In this document: piece by piece, positions 26,255 to 40,000 of the stretch
Layout of the letters: each line of letters opens with the position of its first letter
How positions within the stretch are numbered: the stretch's first letter is position 1
Assembly: GCA_965285935.1 (NCBI GenBank)
Contig: OZ260667.1
Location: 62,062,001 to 62,126,000 of the forward strand
Length of the DNA stretch: 64,000 nucleotides
From: Ophelia neglecta
Lineage: Eukaryota
Reading direction: 5' to 3'
Program-made: the position numbers and the translations under genes
Notes under the pieces: generated by a model
What the model saw: the letters and a program-made list of their open reading frames with translations, nothing else
Told to the model about the DNA's origin: nothing
Databases searched by the model: none

Positions 26255-27707
26255 TTGAAAAACTAACAGGAACATACATTCATCAATGAACGGGATATAC
26301 CGAAAAAAATTAGCAGAATTTTGTAATTAATTAAATACGAAGGGCGCTGTCAAATAATCCAGTGCATGTTAACGACCTTCAAACGACCTTTGACTTAGAA
26401 CTTAACCCACTTTGCTTATAACCTGATTTATATTAGCAAAATGTCCATGTTTAAATATTTTCCTTCCTTTAATAAAAAACTTAGCATACTATGTGTTAGA
26501 AATTTGCTGATTTCTTGATGATAAATCATTGCTTTTCTGCTGTGTGGAGTTCCAGTTAATTTTCAAAGAGACTGTCGCATCCTGGACCACCGCACCATAA
26601 TAAACACATTCAACATTAAAGGTTTTATTGTCATGTCGCAACCCAACACTTAGATATAAGGAATAAAACTTGTTGAACCACCGCATCATTATGTAAAAAA
26701 CATTTAACATAAACCATTTAATTGTCATGTTCCAAGTTCACATTTAGATATAAAGAATAAAATGTGTCATAATTCATAACGTCAAAGAAGTTAAACTTGT
26801 CCATGAATGGAAGAATCTTAATTAGGAAAACAAATTATTCTGATCAATACTAAATGTGACACGTGTTCTTTATTTGTTGATGATCCAGTCCATGAAAAAC
26901 ATTTCTTGAAATGAGAATACAACAAATACTTAGGCCGTATACGTGCACTTATAGGTTATCTTTAAACGCAGTCTTATTGTTCGGACTCAAGATACTAAGT
27001 TGCATTGTAAATGTACGATTGAAGAAATCTATATATTTTCATTAGAATACGCGAATACACGAGTGAGAAATGTTTGAAATACAATTTCTGAACGGTATTT
27101 TTTGGCCATCCATTGCCTTTTGGAATGAGACAGGGCTGAAAACATGCCCCTTTAATTTCGCGAAGTCTGTTTGAAAAAAGACCCATTTTTTAGGTTATCA
27201 CTGACATGTATTTTTTGGCGTACTGAAAATTTGCCAAAATGAAAAAGCAGTTTCAAACATTACAGGACTATCGGAAACAAAGACTGGAATAGGCCAATCT
27301 TTATTGATTATTCTCATAGGAGACCTGCTGACATTAATATATATTTAAGGTACGGGTTGGAGGAGGGTATATCAGGTTGAGGGAGTGGGGGTTGGGGTGG
27401 GTGGGGGGATTGACGTAGGTGTCTACAAGGGTGTCGGCCCATTGAAAGAAACGGAAGTGAACACCCAGCGGAAAATGTATATTTATCCATTATTATAATC
27501 AACAGTAACAATCAGATTCAAACGTCCTTACATCAATCTCAAGCTTCCCAGTAGTTGATAAACAAGTATTGAAATTAAGAATAAGAAAGTAAAATTCTAA
27601 CAATTGAAAAAAAAAGCATTCAACAGTTTTCCACGACACAACGTGTATAACTAAATCATTCAATAGATGTGGCAGACTATCAATACGTAAGCGCATCTAT
27701 CATGTCC

Positions 27708-27790
27708 GTCTCTCCAGTCGGTGAGTAAGGCTGCATCACATTAAAAAACACGCTGACTGTTGGCCAGGGCGGTACAGCCTCGGGGCTCTA
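27708..27790 (+). pseudogene. Decayed exon-5 (discoidin C-terminus) relic followed by 3'UTR-like sequence
   Basis: ccagtcggtgagtaaggctgcat...gtacagcctcggggct resembles ccagttctgg...agagtaaggctgtat...ctgtacggcttcggggct. Paralogue at ~34792-34878. Confidence 0.45.
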
Positions 27791-28888
27791 TATACCAATA
27801 GGAAAATTAACTAACTAATCGATAAATAAATTAACCTAAAATATGATTACAAACTATTGTGACGAGCTAAATGTGCGCCATAAGATAAATCTTAACAACC
27901 GCCAACTGAACTTGGAAATTGATCAGCATTTTCTTTCCTTATACACTAATTTATTTTACCTAATAAAATAGTTTAATTCCCCATGTTGCCAATGCATATG
28001 CAATTTTCTACTAAAGAAAATGGGGATTAAGTCAGCAGAACAAGCGCACAGCGGCAAACAAGACAATTCTAGTCCACAGTTCTCAACCAATGAAATATAC
28101 CCTGGATGTATAATGATATGTGTTAAAACTTTGCTGATTAGATCGTGCGCAGAGATTGAATGTCACACCCTGTAACCGTGCCACGGACACCATGCATCGC
28201 CCATGCGTGGCATTTGTAGTGCTTAAAGCGCGAACGATACGCTCGTTAATGGCCCATTTTAAGATGTCTGCGACATTACCTAGTTAACTATGGAAAATGG
28301 CAAATAGTCATAAATGTTTTTGGCAAATTTGAAAATAATTTGTATCAATAAGGAACATGGGCCTATTGTGTTAATCTTTGAATACATTCAATATGCCCTT
28401 TCAAGCAGGTTATGTGTAAGTGGTTTGCTGACTAGTTCTTTATAAATAATTGATTCCCAGTTGTCTCTTTCCCAGTTCATCTTCCGTACCATTATTTCAG
28501 TGTCTGATAAGGTTATGTTTTGTTAGGGCTTGCCCTTCTTTAACAATACAGGTTCAATACCTAGAAAAACACTCAATGAACTTTCCCATTCAAAATGTGT
28601 CATAATTGTGGGTTGATTACCCCCTTCGATCAATATTTCTTAACAAAAAGAAGCAACTTTTATGGTCAGCCCTTCTCGCCTCTGCAGTCGATGATGGACC
28701 GTCAATGGTAACCGGCATAGCATTGTATTAGCCATACTAACAATGTCTAAGTGATCAATATTTTGTTGTACACAATTCATAATTCATTACATTGATCGAT
28801 CGTTTAGAATGAAATTAACAACATGTTATAACAAGATTACACAAGGACTGAGATTTGACCAGGCAGTCAGACTAGTAACAGTCACAGC

Positions 28889-31800
28889 ATGGCGAGGAGG
28901 GACAGGTTCCGTTTGTTCCTCTACAGTATTGTACTGGTCTGTTTGGCGTCCTGCGCCAAAAACGATGTCTCTATGATATTTTATAAGCAAAATATATGCT
29001 TTACATATCCCATTGAGACTTTAGTTGCCCGTCGTTTTGGATGTTCCATGGAATGTCTTAGTAGATCTAGAAGAGGAGGCCAGTGTAGAGGGTTTCTTGT
29101 GAGACCAAGGCAGGAAGAAGGCTGGTTTCTCTGGCATATGGACTCCGGTAACACTAGCAGTCATTTGTATTTGTCATCGACCGTCACAGAAGATACCTAC
29201 TACCAAGGTTACGTAAGAATAAATAATCATCCAAAGTTTCATTTTTTCCTGTAAATCAACACTGCACTTAACCAACATTTTAAAATGTTTAAGCTTTGCT
29301 ACAATCTCGCATTTTTTGAAATTAATTTGACCGCGCACAAGTATAATTCTACACAATGAAGAATACAACATAACAAGTTGAATGTTTTATACGTTGAATC
29401 GTTTAATCACGTTCATTAACGTGTCTTACCTAAATGTACATGGGACCTCACGTGTGATTTAGCTGTGATGAGCTGTGCAATTCCTGGCGTAATATTTATT
29501 TGCTAATTGCTACCCAAAACAATTAATGTCACTAGGAGTGTTCCTGTTTATAAGAAAGACAGGTTTTCGGCGGACAGGCAATGACTATAAGTTTCTTTTC
29601 AGCAGATATGTGGTATATTTCTGCTGGCACTTGGCGACTTTTTTGAATGAAGAGTATCATTCTCACTAATGCCTTGTCTATTGAACTCTTAAGCTCAATA
29701 TTTTGTTAGTGTGATATATTAATTCATATATTCTCCAGTCGTTGAATCGCCAATTAAAACTATCATTAAAAAGCATTAACGCTAATATTAATGCCCGAGA
29801 TGTGTAATGTCGTCAAATTCCTGATGGCGGTGTCTATTGCTACAAATACATTTATTCATTCGATCAATATTCTGTAGTAGACAATAAATAAGTCACAAAA
29901 TCGAAGGTAGCTTGGCAGATATCCTGGTAGGTGTTCTAACAACATGGCACACACATAAAACTTGTTCAAACACAACTTCAATGAAAGTTTTGTCTCGTTG
30001 TCGATAATGGGGAGTTTATGGGAAATTTTGATAGACAAAACAAATGCGCAACCAACACACTTGAGGTTTGAGGTAGAGTTCGTGTGCAATGTGCCCTAAT
30101 GGGCTACAGGGCTGTATAGTTGGAATATTGTGAGCCCACAGCAGGGCGGAGAAGGCGCGCTCTGTAATCTAAACTCTAGCAACACTAGTACTGCGTTGCA
30201 ATCAATTCCAAGTTATGTTTAGTAGTAGTGAATGTATGAAATCTCAAGTATAAGTTGCAGAAAAATATTATTTTGACAGTCATAAAAGTAACAATTTTTG
30301 ACACTTGTCTCTATGGCAGCACAGCCAACAACTCCTTTTAAAGTCTGATTAGCAATATTATAGTTCTGAATTTTTTTATTATAAATAATGATTATACACA
30401 TTAATAGAATATTTTTTATGATTAATAATATCGTAATAAAGGTTGATTTCATGTAAATCCATAGAATTGACTGTACTATATCTTTAACTTCATTAACGGC
30501 GTTTCAGGGTATGTATCTACCCGATCAGTGGAGGAGGCAACAGGTAGGATACTACTTTGGTACCCATCTAAAACTGCAAAATACCATGCTACACTACTTT
30601 TACATTCCAATTAGACATCAGGCTGTCATATTTCGAATCCTAAAGCTGAATCCCTAGATCTACAGCACTTCTATGCCGAACTCCTTTTCGAAATTACAAA
30701 TGATCTCGTGGAGTGTTATAGTTGATAGTCGTTTGGTAGTGGGTACGGACATAGCAAGACACGGCGGATGTGGGAAGAGCAAAACCCCTTTTCTATTACA
30801 TGCAATTTTAATGAGTTTCATACTACTCAAAGCAAAATGATATCTGGGGTCTTTCAGTAAGGATGCCCTGAACGTAGGACCCCATTTATTTCAATCTTGT
30901 TTTAAATACTTTTCTTTTAGCCTTAATCACCACCACAGGACGATTCCTGTCAGCCTCTTCTTCATATCGATCTCGAGCTGATCACGGGCCTCAATGTTCG
31001 ATTCTCGGTGTCCCTAAACCAACCAGCTGTTTCAGCAATGCTTGGGCTTCTGGCTCTCCGATGGTCAATGATTGGATTCAGGTAGGCTAACATTATTCTG
31101 GGACACTTGGTTTAAACAATTTTATAAAAACATATACCTTGTTATTGATATGGGTTGCCAGAGCAGATGAGTTATGGTTTTGTACTCAACATGCAACGTG
31201 TGCGTTTTGCATTCTTCTGGCTGGATAGGCATTCACCTAGCAGCGAACTTATACAAGATTATTGCTCGACAGGATCTTATTTCTCTGACGACTCACCCTT
31301 TGTGTACTTGCCCAGCGCATATTAATTGTGGCGCTGGAGAACGATAATTAAATACCACTATAGACCATATTGTTATCAAAAGGTCTACTCTAGACTTTAT
31401 ACAACCCTGCGCAGTCATGTAGAACAATGCTTTTAACCTCAGTGATCAACTACCCATTGTGGCAAAATAGTGATGTAGTGGCAACTCTGTGTCAGTCCGT
31501 TGTTGCTGTCCTAACTGAGGCCGGTAACAAACACGTTCCAAAGTCAAAGTATATACCCTCTTTAAGCCCGTATTGGGAACCGTGTGGTCTAAGCTCGCCC
31601 GAAAAAATGTCATGTCAAAGCGTCACACGTGGACTACAGCTGGCAAACCAAGAGGCAACCACCCACTATTCAAGCAATATAAATAAGCAAAACGCTTTAT
31701 CAGATCCAGAATGCGGCAATGTGATATTAATCTAAAATGGGAATTCCAAAGGGACTTAGAGTCCGCAGACTTTAATCAGAACCTGTTGTGGAAAGTGGTG

Positions 31801-33623
31801 CGAAGCCAACCAGGCGTCTGAAACACTCGAACTGAAAGTTAGTGATAAAACATTGAGATCATCTGAAGATATAGTGCACGCCTGGGAAGAATACTTTTCG
31901 TGTCTCTACACCCCCTCTGAGGAGCCAGGCTTTGAAAATGGATACAAAGCACGAGAGGAAGCCAAGTTTGAAAATACCAAACTTTCCTTATTGAATCACG
32001 TCAGCCAGGGGACTTAAATGAATGACACCTTATTGAACAAGCCGATTCTCATAAGTAAACGACGAAGTTATGTTGCCACGATGGGTACAGGAAAAGCCCC
32101 AGACCATGATAAATTCACGAATTAAAACCTAAAATATGGCGGTTTAAAATGTAGGAGAGACCGTACCTTTTTATGCGTTCAACCGTGTGGTCTAAAGTGG
32201 GTTGTCATGTTTGGCCTATTACCATTTTCCCTACTGTTTCAAAATTAAGCCGCCTGGCACAGATGTTTAAACAAATAGGTCCTATTTTCTAATCGTCATA
32301 TTTTGATATACATAATATTGTAAAGTCTGTATTCTTATATCATGCATAAAGAGGAAATAAAGATAAAATATATGGTTACAATTTGCATTATTGTGATATG
32401 CCGTAGTATACAATTCGTCCACGTGAATTAAATTTCTACCTGTGTGGTTTATAACAAGACAAAATAGAACTTTGTATTTGGACTTTCTGAGGTTCATCGC
32501 CGCAATAAGTGACCATTGAGGTGGGCCATCTTTTAAATGAAAAAGAGAATTAAAAAAATAGCTGAACCTGACCTAATATTGGGCCACATGATATGTGTTT
32601 CACATCAAAATAAGATTACTTAACCTGAGGTGTCGGACACGTTCAATATTCCGGACTATAAAAGGAATATTGAGTGTGGTAGTTTGGCGGCATAAGTTAC
32701 AATTTCGTCTGTTACGTGACTGTTCATCAAATTAGTTTTTAATGGATTTATATTTGGTTATGATTGTAGGCGGACCTTGGTATACCTTACGATATAGTCG
32801 CCATTGCCACAAAAGGACGCAAACCTGGCTCCTCACAGTGGGTAACGTCATACAAGCTAGCCAGCTATGACGGAAGTGAGGTCATATTTTACCCCGATGG
32901 GGTAGAAGAAACGGCCAAGGTAAGGCACAGGAAACATATCTAGAAAATCTCAATGTTATCACTAAATGACTTATATAATCATGTGGCTAAATAATCGCCG
33001 GTTACTTTCTGAAAATTGACAGTTTAGAGTACGTTGAATTTTATCATATCAGTGTAAGTATTATACCTAGGTACTATTTTTATGCTGGACTAATAGCATA
33101 TGTCTCTCTACCAATCATTTAAGAGTATTTAAGCCCAGTGAACCTGCTGTGCGAGTACATTATGCTGTGATGGTATTTTTATCTTCAGAAAAGCTCCCCG
33201 ATTTAATGTTATATTACACACAATAGGTCGTTCTCCGCTATAATGCTATGCTACATATTAAACAGGATTTTCAATATAACGTTGTAGTCCTCATATGCAA
33301 CTGCTTCCGGTATAGTTATTTTTAGTAGCGATTGTCGGACAAGTTTATATTACGTATATTTAAATGATTACCCTGAAGTAGTTATGTAATCAAGCTAAAG
33401 CTTCTGCAGTATCTTATAAATATCCGTTAACTTCCACTTGTGTACATTTGAAATACTTCATTTATACTTTCTTCAGCTTTTCAGTGGAAACTACGACGAG
33501 GATACGGAAGTGAAGCACACCCTGTGTCCCCCTCTGGTAGCCAGAAGGGTAAGACTGTATCCGATTAGCTAACACCGTCACTGTAGTCTCAGGTGGGAGC
33601 TGTACAGCTTTGCAGCTGCATAA
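28889..33623 (+). pseudogene. G5: subfamily A PAN-discoidin gene with premature stop in last exon
   Basis: Exons 28889-29207, 30508-30543, 30921-31081, 32770-32919 and 33477-33623. TAA at 33570-33572 removes the terminal strand (CSLRWELY). The last PAN Cys is replaced by Trp, and the exon-1 donor is weak (GTTACG). Confidence 0.75.
31190..32200 (+). mobile_element. Decayed non-LTR retrotransposon fragment (endonuclease end to pre-RT region) in G5 intron 3
   Basis: Absent from paralogous introns. Fragmentary motifs TTIDHIVI (~31355), WEEYFSCLYTP (~31883) and GKAPDHDKFTN*NLKYGG (~32090), with stops and frameshifts. Confidence 0.65.
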
Positions 33624-35588
33624 ATCAAAACGGAATTGAACTTAATCTGAACGAAATATCAATGAACCGATAATAAAATAAACTATTACGATAACTGAAT
33701 GTGATGAGCACTGTTAGATAATACAATTCATGTTAACGACCTCCAAACGACCTTGGATATTGATCCTGACGCTCTGCTTATATACCGGTTAATCGTTAAC
33801 TTGTTAACTATATGTCAATATAGAAGTTTTCTGTGCCTAGTGCGGATATTGGGCATCTCTGTTTTATAGATGTTTTAATCATGGGTTGAACAAATCTACG
33901 CTTTGATCGAAACTTTATCATCATAATACAATTCCATTGTATCTTCTGGATAAAAATCTTATACCAGGAGCATCGACAGATAATTTTCCATTAATTAAAA
34001 GTTGATTCTGCGTCAAACAGCTAAGTAAAGGCTAATTATGACGGGTAAATTGGAACGAGGCACGCACTAGTGGACTATCCTGGTTGTCATTCTTCGTTAA
34101 CATTGGGGAATGTTGTGTTTATAGTGTGGAAGACGTCGTACTTAGCTACGTAGTTTTTTCTGTGCCTCCTTTACAGCTTCACGCGCTTACAGATTATTGA
34201 TTTTGGTCAGACAGATATTGAGTATATGGAGTCTGAGTCTGTAACCATTGTTAATAATATTGAGAGCCCTAGGATATATTTTATTTGATTGCATCAAATT
34301 TCACAGTATTAAATAGGTTGTCCTCGTTATCATTTATAAATCGTATAAAGCATTGATATTTTTATATTTAGTCAATATACAAAACCTTGATATTTACTAT
34401 TGATCGTCCACCAACCGGAGACACTGATGTGATCGACGTTATTACGTATTAATAGATAGCAAAACAATATTCATCGACTGATTTAGAAAGACAAAGACAA
34501 TCCACTTTCAACAAGCAACATAATTGTAGCATTCAGCGCAAATCTATCGAAATAGATGCTGCAAATTTCGTTTGTGGGCGAAACCATTTACGGCATTTTA
34601 CTCTGAGTACCGTTCCTGGAGGTGCTTGTTAAAGGTTGAGGGTGCGATCCCGATCCGCTACATCAACAGCAACCATCTAATCCAAAGGTACAATATCCAT
34701 ATCCGGCTCCAGGGGTTAATAGCCAAGTAATGAAATAAAGTTTAAAAAGTAAAATTACTAACAATTGTAAAGAGAAGTAGTCTGCAGTTTTCCGTCTCTC
34801 CAGTCGGTGAGTAAGGCTTCATCACATTAAATACCACGCTGACTGTAGGCCGGGGCGGAACAGCTTCGGCGCTGCATATACTATTAGGAAACCTAACGAA
34901 CTAATTGATAAATAAATGAATATAAAATATGATAACAAACCATTGTGACGAGCTAAATGTGCGCTGTGAGATAATCCAGAAATTGTTAACAACCTCTAAA
35001 TGACCTTGGAAATTTACCAGTACTGTCTATACACTAATATCCCTAGGTTGCCAATGCGCACAGATATATTAAACATTATAATACGTTCGCGAAATAACCA
35101 AAGAAATCGTGGCAAACATTTTATAACATTAATTACGCTCCTTTCAAGTCAACTATGTGTTAGTGGTCTGTTGACTAGTTGTTAGTAAATAATTGATTTC
35201 CCTTGCGTCTTTCCCTGATTATCTTTAAATAAATTGGTTTTACCTTCCATGCCATTTTTTCAGGATCTGGTAAGGTTTGGTTTTTGTTTTCAAGGTTCTC
35301 TTCTTAGACAATATAGGTTCAATAACAAGAACAATACACTTTGAACTGGGCCAAGTTTCTGGAAGCAATCTTAACCAAACTTGGATCAAAATCAGGATTA
35401 ATGTCAAAAAATCAGGTCCAGTAACGGCATCACTCTGCTAGAAAACTTCGTGCTAGTTTGTAAAGACATGTCTCTCCTCCAGCTTCTTTTTCTTTATACT
35501 ATTCCATATAAAATTCGATTTGATGCACTTTGATTGTCCTAGTCATATCTGGCAAAAAATCTTGAGCATCTGTGATAAGGTGAATCAC

Positions 35589-35735
35589 AATGTGTATATC
35601 GGACACCCAATGTATTATCGTTCCTAATGTGTATATTGGACACCCAATGTAGTATCGTTCCTAATGTGTATATCGGACATCCATTGTATTATCGTTCCTA
35701 ATGTGTATTTTGGACACACGTTATTATTCCTAACG
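35589..35735. repeat. 37-bp minisatellite (~4 copies)
   Basis: Unit aatgtgtatatcggacacccaatgtattatcgttcct. A more degenerate paralogous array lies at ~15036-15290. Confidence 0.75.
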
Positions 35736-35744
35736 TAAATATGT

Positions 35745-35790
35745 GTGCTGTACTATACAACAGCAGTCACTGAGGAGGCCTACCACCAAG
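35745..35790 (+). pseudogene. 3' stub of a G3-type exon 1 with its donor
   Basis: gtgctgtactatacaacagcagtcactgaggaggcctaccaccaag|gtaaaaag is nearly identical to 16125-16178. The upstream part of the exon is deleted. Confidence 0.7.
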
Positions 35791-37068
35791 GTAAAAAGAA
35801 ACTGATTCAGTCATTGAACCGTGATATTGCCGTATTATCCTTTATAAGGCCACATTTTAGGTAAATAGCGTGTAGATTACCACAGGAATTCCTTAAAAAC
35901 CTATTTGATAATTTATGTTAATATATTTGTTATTTGACATATGCTTTCGCGATTTCATTCAATCAACACCAGTCTCAAAAAAAAGTCAATATTTCCTTTT
36001 ATTATTTGGAATATTGATTTTGGTACTTGGGCGGCAAATGGTGTCCCTGAGTCAAAAACAACCTCGACGGATAAACTTCGAAATATGGATATTACAAAAA
36101 TCGTTTAAACTAGATGATCTAGGCCAATACTGATATCTCTGACATTGATGATGATTATTCAAATGATATTTATAGAAAGCACAATATGGCCTATATGAAG
36201 GAGAAACATTTATTGAATTTAATTGTCAAAAGCCGTCTGAGAGGACCAGATGATGTTTTACAAAAATCAAAAGGCTTTGCAGGCTGCTACCCCCTCCCTC
36301 CAAATAAAAACCACCCGCAGACCGCAAAGCGCCTTCCTGTCACACCACCACACTAAGCCTTCCGCCCCGCCGCGCCGCACCCCCTCCTCGCCGAAGTAAA
36401 TATCCTCCCCAAAAATACAAAAATTGACGGCAGGTCCGTAATGAAAACAAAATAAATCAATGAAGATTGACAAATTCTTTCCTTGGTACTCTTTCGAAAA
36501 GATAAATATAATTGTGTGCCACATTCAAAGTGGATCACCATTGTGTTTGAAATATCTTGTTTAAGTATATCAATAATCATTGACTTTCATTGTATCTGGT
36601 CGATGAAACGTTGACATCAACGAACAGAAGTAAATCATAGATCATTAATATAATAAGTGTAGAGGGTTTTTTGTGAGACCAAAGCAGGAGGAGGCGGTTT
36701 TCTCTGTTATTTGGACTCCGCTTACACTAGCAGTCTACTGAATTGATATATTCCTTCTTTTGTACTTTTTAGAATAGAAATAAACAATTGTGTGCCATAT
36801 TCAAAGTGAATCACCATTGTCTTGGCAGTATCTTGAGTCTGTCAATAATATTGACTTTCATTGTATCTGATCGATGAACCGTCGATATCAACGAACAGAA
36901 GTTAACCACTGGCGATTACTACATTGATCATACCCGTTCTGAGTCTGTGCAAACATGATAAACCAAATAAGAAGGGTCCTGGAGGAGGGAAGTTGCTATA
37001 ACAATAGGACGCAAACATTACAAAGTATTGACTTTCCACCAGGCAGTCAGTCTAGTAGCGGTAACAAC

Positions 37069-40000
37069 ATGGAGAGGAGAGACAGGTTCCGTGTGTTCCT
37101 CTTCAGTATAATGCTGGTCTGTTTGGCGTCCTGCGTCCAAGACGATCTTTCTATGATATTTTATAAGCAAAATATATGTGCCACAAATCTCATTGAGATT
37201 TTAGTACCTGGTCGTTCTGAGTGTTCCATGGAATGTTTTACAAGAGGAACAAAGTGTAGAGGGTTTGTTGTGAGACCGAAGGAGGAAGTAAACGGTATTC
37301 TCTGTTATCTGGACTCTGCTAACACTAGCACTCTGCTGAGTTTTACGGGGACAGTCACAGAGGAAACTTACTACCGAGGTAACGTAAGCATAAATAGTTC
37401 AAACGTTAATTTTACGGAGACGACTTACCTTCAATCCCATTGTTAAGAGTCAGTTTCCGGTTGTTCCTGTTGGTAAGACACACAGGTTAACGGTGCTCAT
37501 GTTTATCAAAGAGACAAGTTTCGAGACACGTTTCGGGATTTCCTGTTTGTAGGAGAGTTTTGTTCTCGTTGTTTCTATTGGTCAGAGATACAGGAAAGGG
37601 TTCCTGCTTGTAAGAGAAACATGTTCTGGTGTTCCTTTTTCTAGAAGAGTGGTTCCGGTTCCTGTTGATATAAGAGAAGGGCTCCGTTTCCAGTTTGTAG
37701 GTCATCCTTTTAGTAAAATTGACATGACCCAGTTGTTACCATTGGTAGAAGAGTCATGTTCCATTGGTAGGAAAGACACTGTCCTATTTCCGATGGTCGG
37801 AGAAACACCTTTCTGTTGCTCCCCTTGGTAGTTAGAGTTGTTCCGGGTTTTCCTGTCCGTGAGGGGGCAGGTCAAAGGTGTTACTCTTTGTAGGAGAGAC
37901 AGGTTTCCATTCCCTTTGGTTTGCAATTTCATTATATTAATGATATTGGTGTCTATTGATACAAATACATACCTCATTCGAAGAATACTTTGTTTTAGAG
38001 ATTAATACGTCATAGCATCGACCGTTTCTTTGGACATATATCACTTACAATGGTTTTAGCAACATCGTGTACACATTTGAACCGTTAGAATACAAATTAT
38101 ACAATCTCGATACTGACCGTGGTGAAATGAGACAGGGGGCCTGTCATTTCTATTCATAACTATTAAATTCTTTTGGGTATTTTGCGTCGAGATTTGACTT
38201 TTTCCATAAGATTTACCAGGGTCAAGCAATGCGAAAACAATACCATTAAAACTTGGTTAAGGTCCATGTATAATGTACGCAATAATGTGTGAGAAGTAAA
38301 CGGCTGTGTAGAAGGTATTCTGTGAGAATAAAGCAGGACGGCGTTCTCTGTACTCTAGACTGGTAATACTAATAGTATGGTGTATATTTAGCATCAGATA
38401 TTTAGGACACCTTCTTCCAAGATAACAAAACAGCATATATAGTAGTATATATGTAATACCATCATTATGTTTTCTGATAATACTTATTTAGCACACAACA
38501 TGCAATACAGTTTCTTACGGCTTAACCCACGACTTTTGTATAAAACACAATAACAAACGTTTATTTCTTTGCCATACGAGGACACATTATATTGGGCTTT
38601 GCGATCTATCCACTTTCACTATTTTGATGCAATAAAATAAATTATTTGTACAATCAAAATAGTCTACAAATTGAAAGCTATTTTTCGTAGTATTGATTGC
38701 TTGTATAAAATGCCAAATATTACTTGCAGCGGAATAATATTTGACAGTAATAAAAGTAGTATGTTTTGACACTTTTGTTATTTACAGAACATCGGGTTAC
38801 TTCTTTGAATGTTGATTTTAGCCATATTGTAATTCTGAACTACTTATGGAATAAGAAACATTACAAGTACATCGTTATCTACTGTTGTATGGTTTCTAAT
38901 TCTATTAACGGCATTTCAGAATCTGCACCAGTTCGATCAGTGGAAGAGGCAACAGGTAGGGAACTACTTTGGTACCCATCTCAAACTCTAATATATATTA
39001 ATCCGCCAATGATTGTTTTTTTACTTACTAACCATAAATCACAATAATAGTATTCCGGGAGGCTGCCCTATTATCCCAACAATGTTTAAGTCTACCGTTT
39101 GGATATAGATTAAGCTGAGACAATGTCACATTGGAGATCGATAGTCCACTTGGTTAATATAGGAACAGGTACAGCTGAGAGATTTTCATTTAGGCATCAA
39201 CTAGTTAACGCTCATTGCTGTACCTACCCAACTATTAATCTGGTATGCCGGTACCAGCCGCTCTATTTTTTCTTCTAGTTGTAAAACACAGTTTATAAAA
39301 CAAATATGTAATGTTTCAATCCCATTAACGGGTGTGTTTTAGGGGCCCCTCATCAAGCTGTCATATTTAGCATCCTCGAGGTAAATACTGAGCTAATGTC
39401 AACATACAGCACTCTTATTCTAAATTCCTTTTCGAAACTATAAATAATCTTGTGGAGGACCCCATATATTTTAATCAAGTTTTAAATACTTGTTTTTCCT
39501 TTTAGCCTTAATCACCACCACAGGACAACTCCTGTCAGCCTCCTCCTCATGGCAATCTCGAGCAGATCACGGAGCTCATTGTTCGGTTCTCGGTGTCCCT
39601 ACTCCTGTCAGCTGTATCAGCAATGCTTGGGCTTCTGACACTCCGATGGTCAATGATTGGATTCAGGTGGGCTTAAATTATTATTGAACATTTGATTTAA
39701 ACAATCCTTCTAAAATATGTAAGTTGTTTTTGATATGGGTTGCCATAGCCGATGAATTATGGTTTTCTTCGCAACACATTATTATAACGTACTAATTGAT
39801 ATTAAGACTGTTTGTTTGTTCAGTATGGTTATAATGTGCAGTAGTGTGATATACCGTAATATCTTACAATTCGCCCACGTGAATAAAATTTTAACCTGTA
39901 TGGCTAATGACAAGACAAATAAAACTTTTTTTTGACTTTCAGATTTTCATCTCCACAATAAGTTACCATAGAGATGGGCCATTTTTTTAATGTAAAAAAG

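Noticed and set aside
27381-27408. G-quadruplex-like run gggagtgggggttggggtgggtgggggg
   Set aside because: The motif is present but in a single non-conserved intergenic insert with no evidence of function.
35589-35735. 37-bp repeats as a CRISPR array
   Set aside because: Head-to-tail units with no unique spacers, no cas genes, and a eukaryotic intron-rich context.
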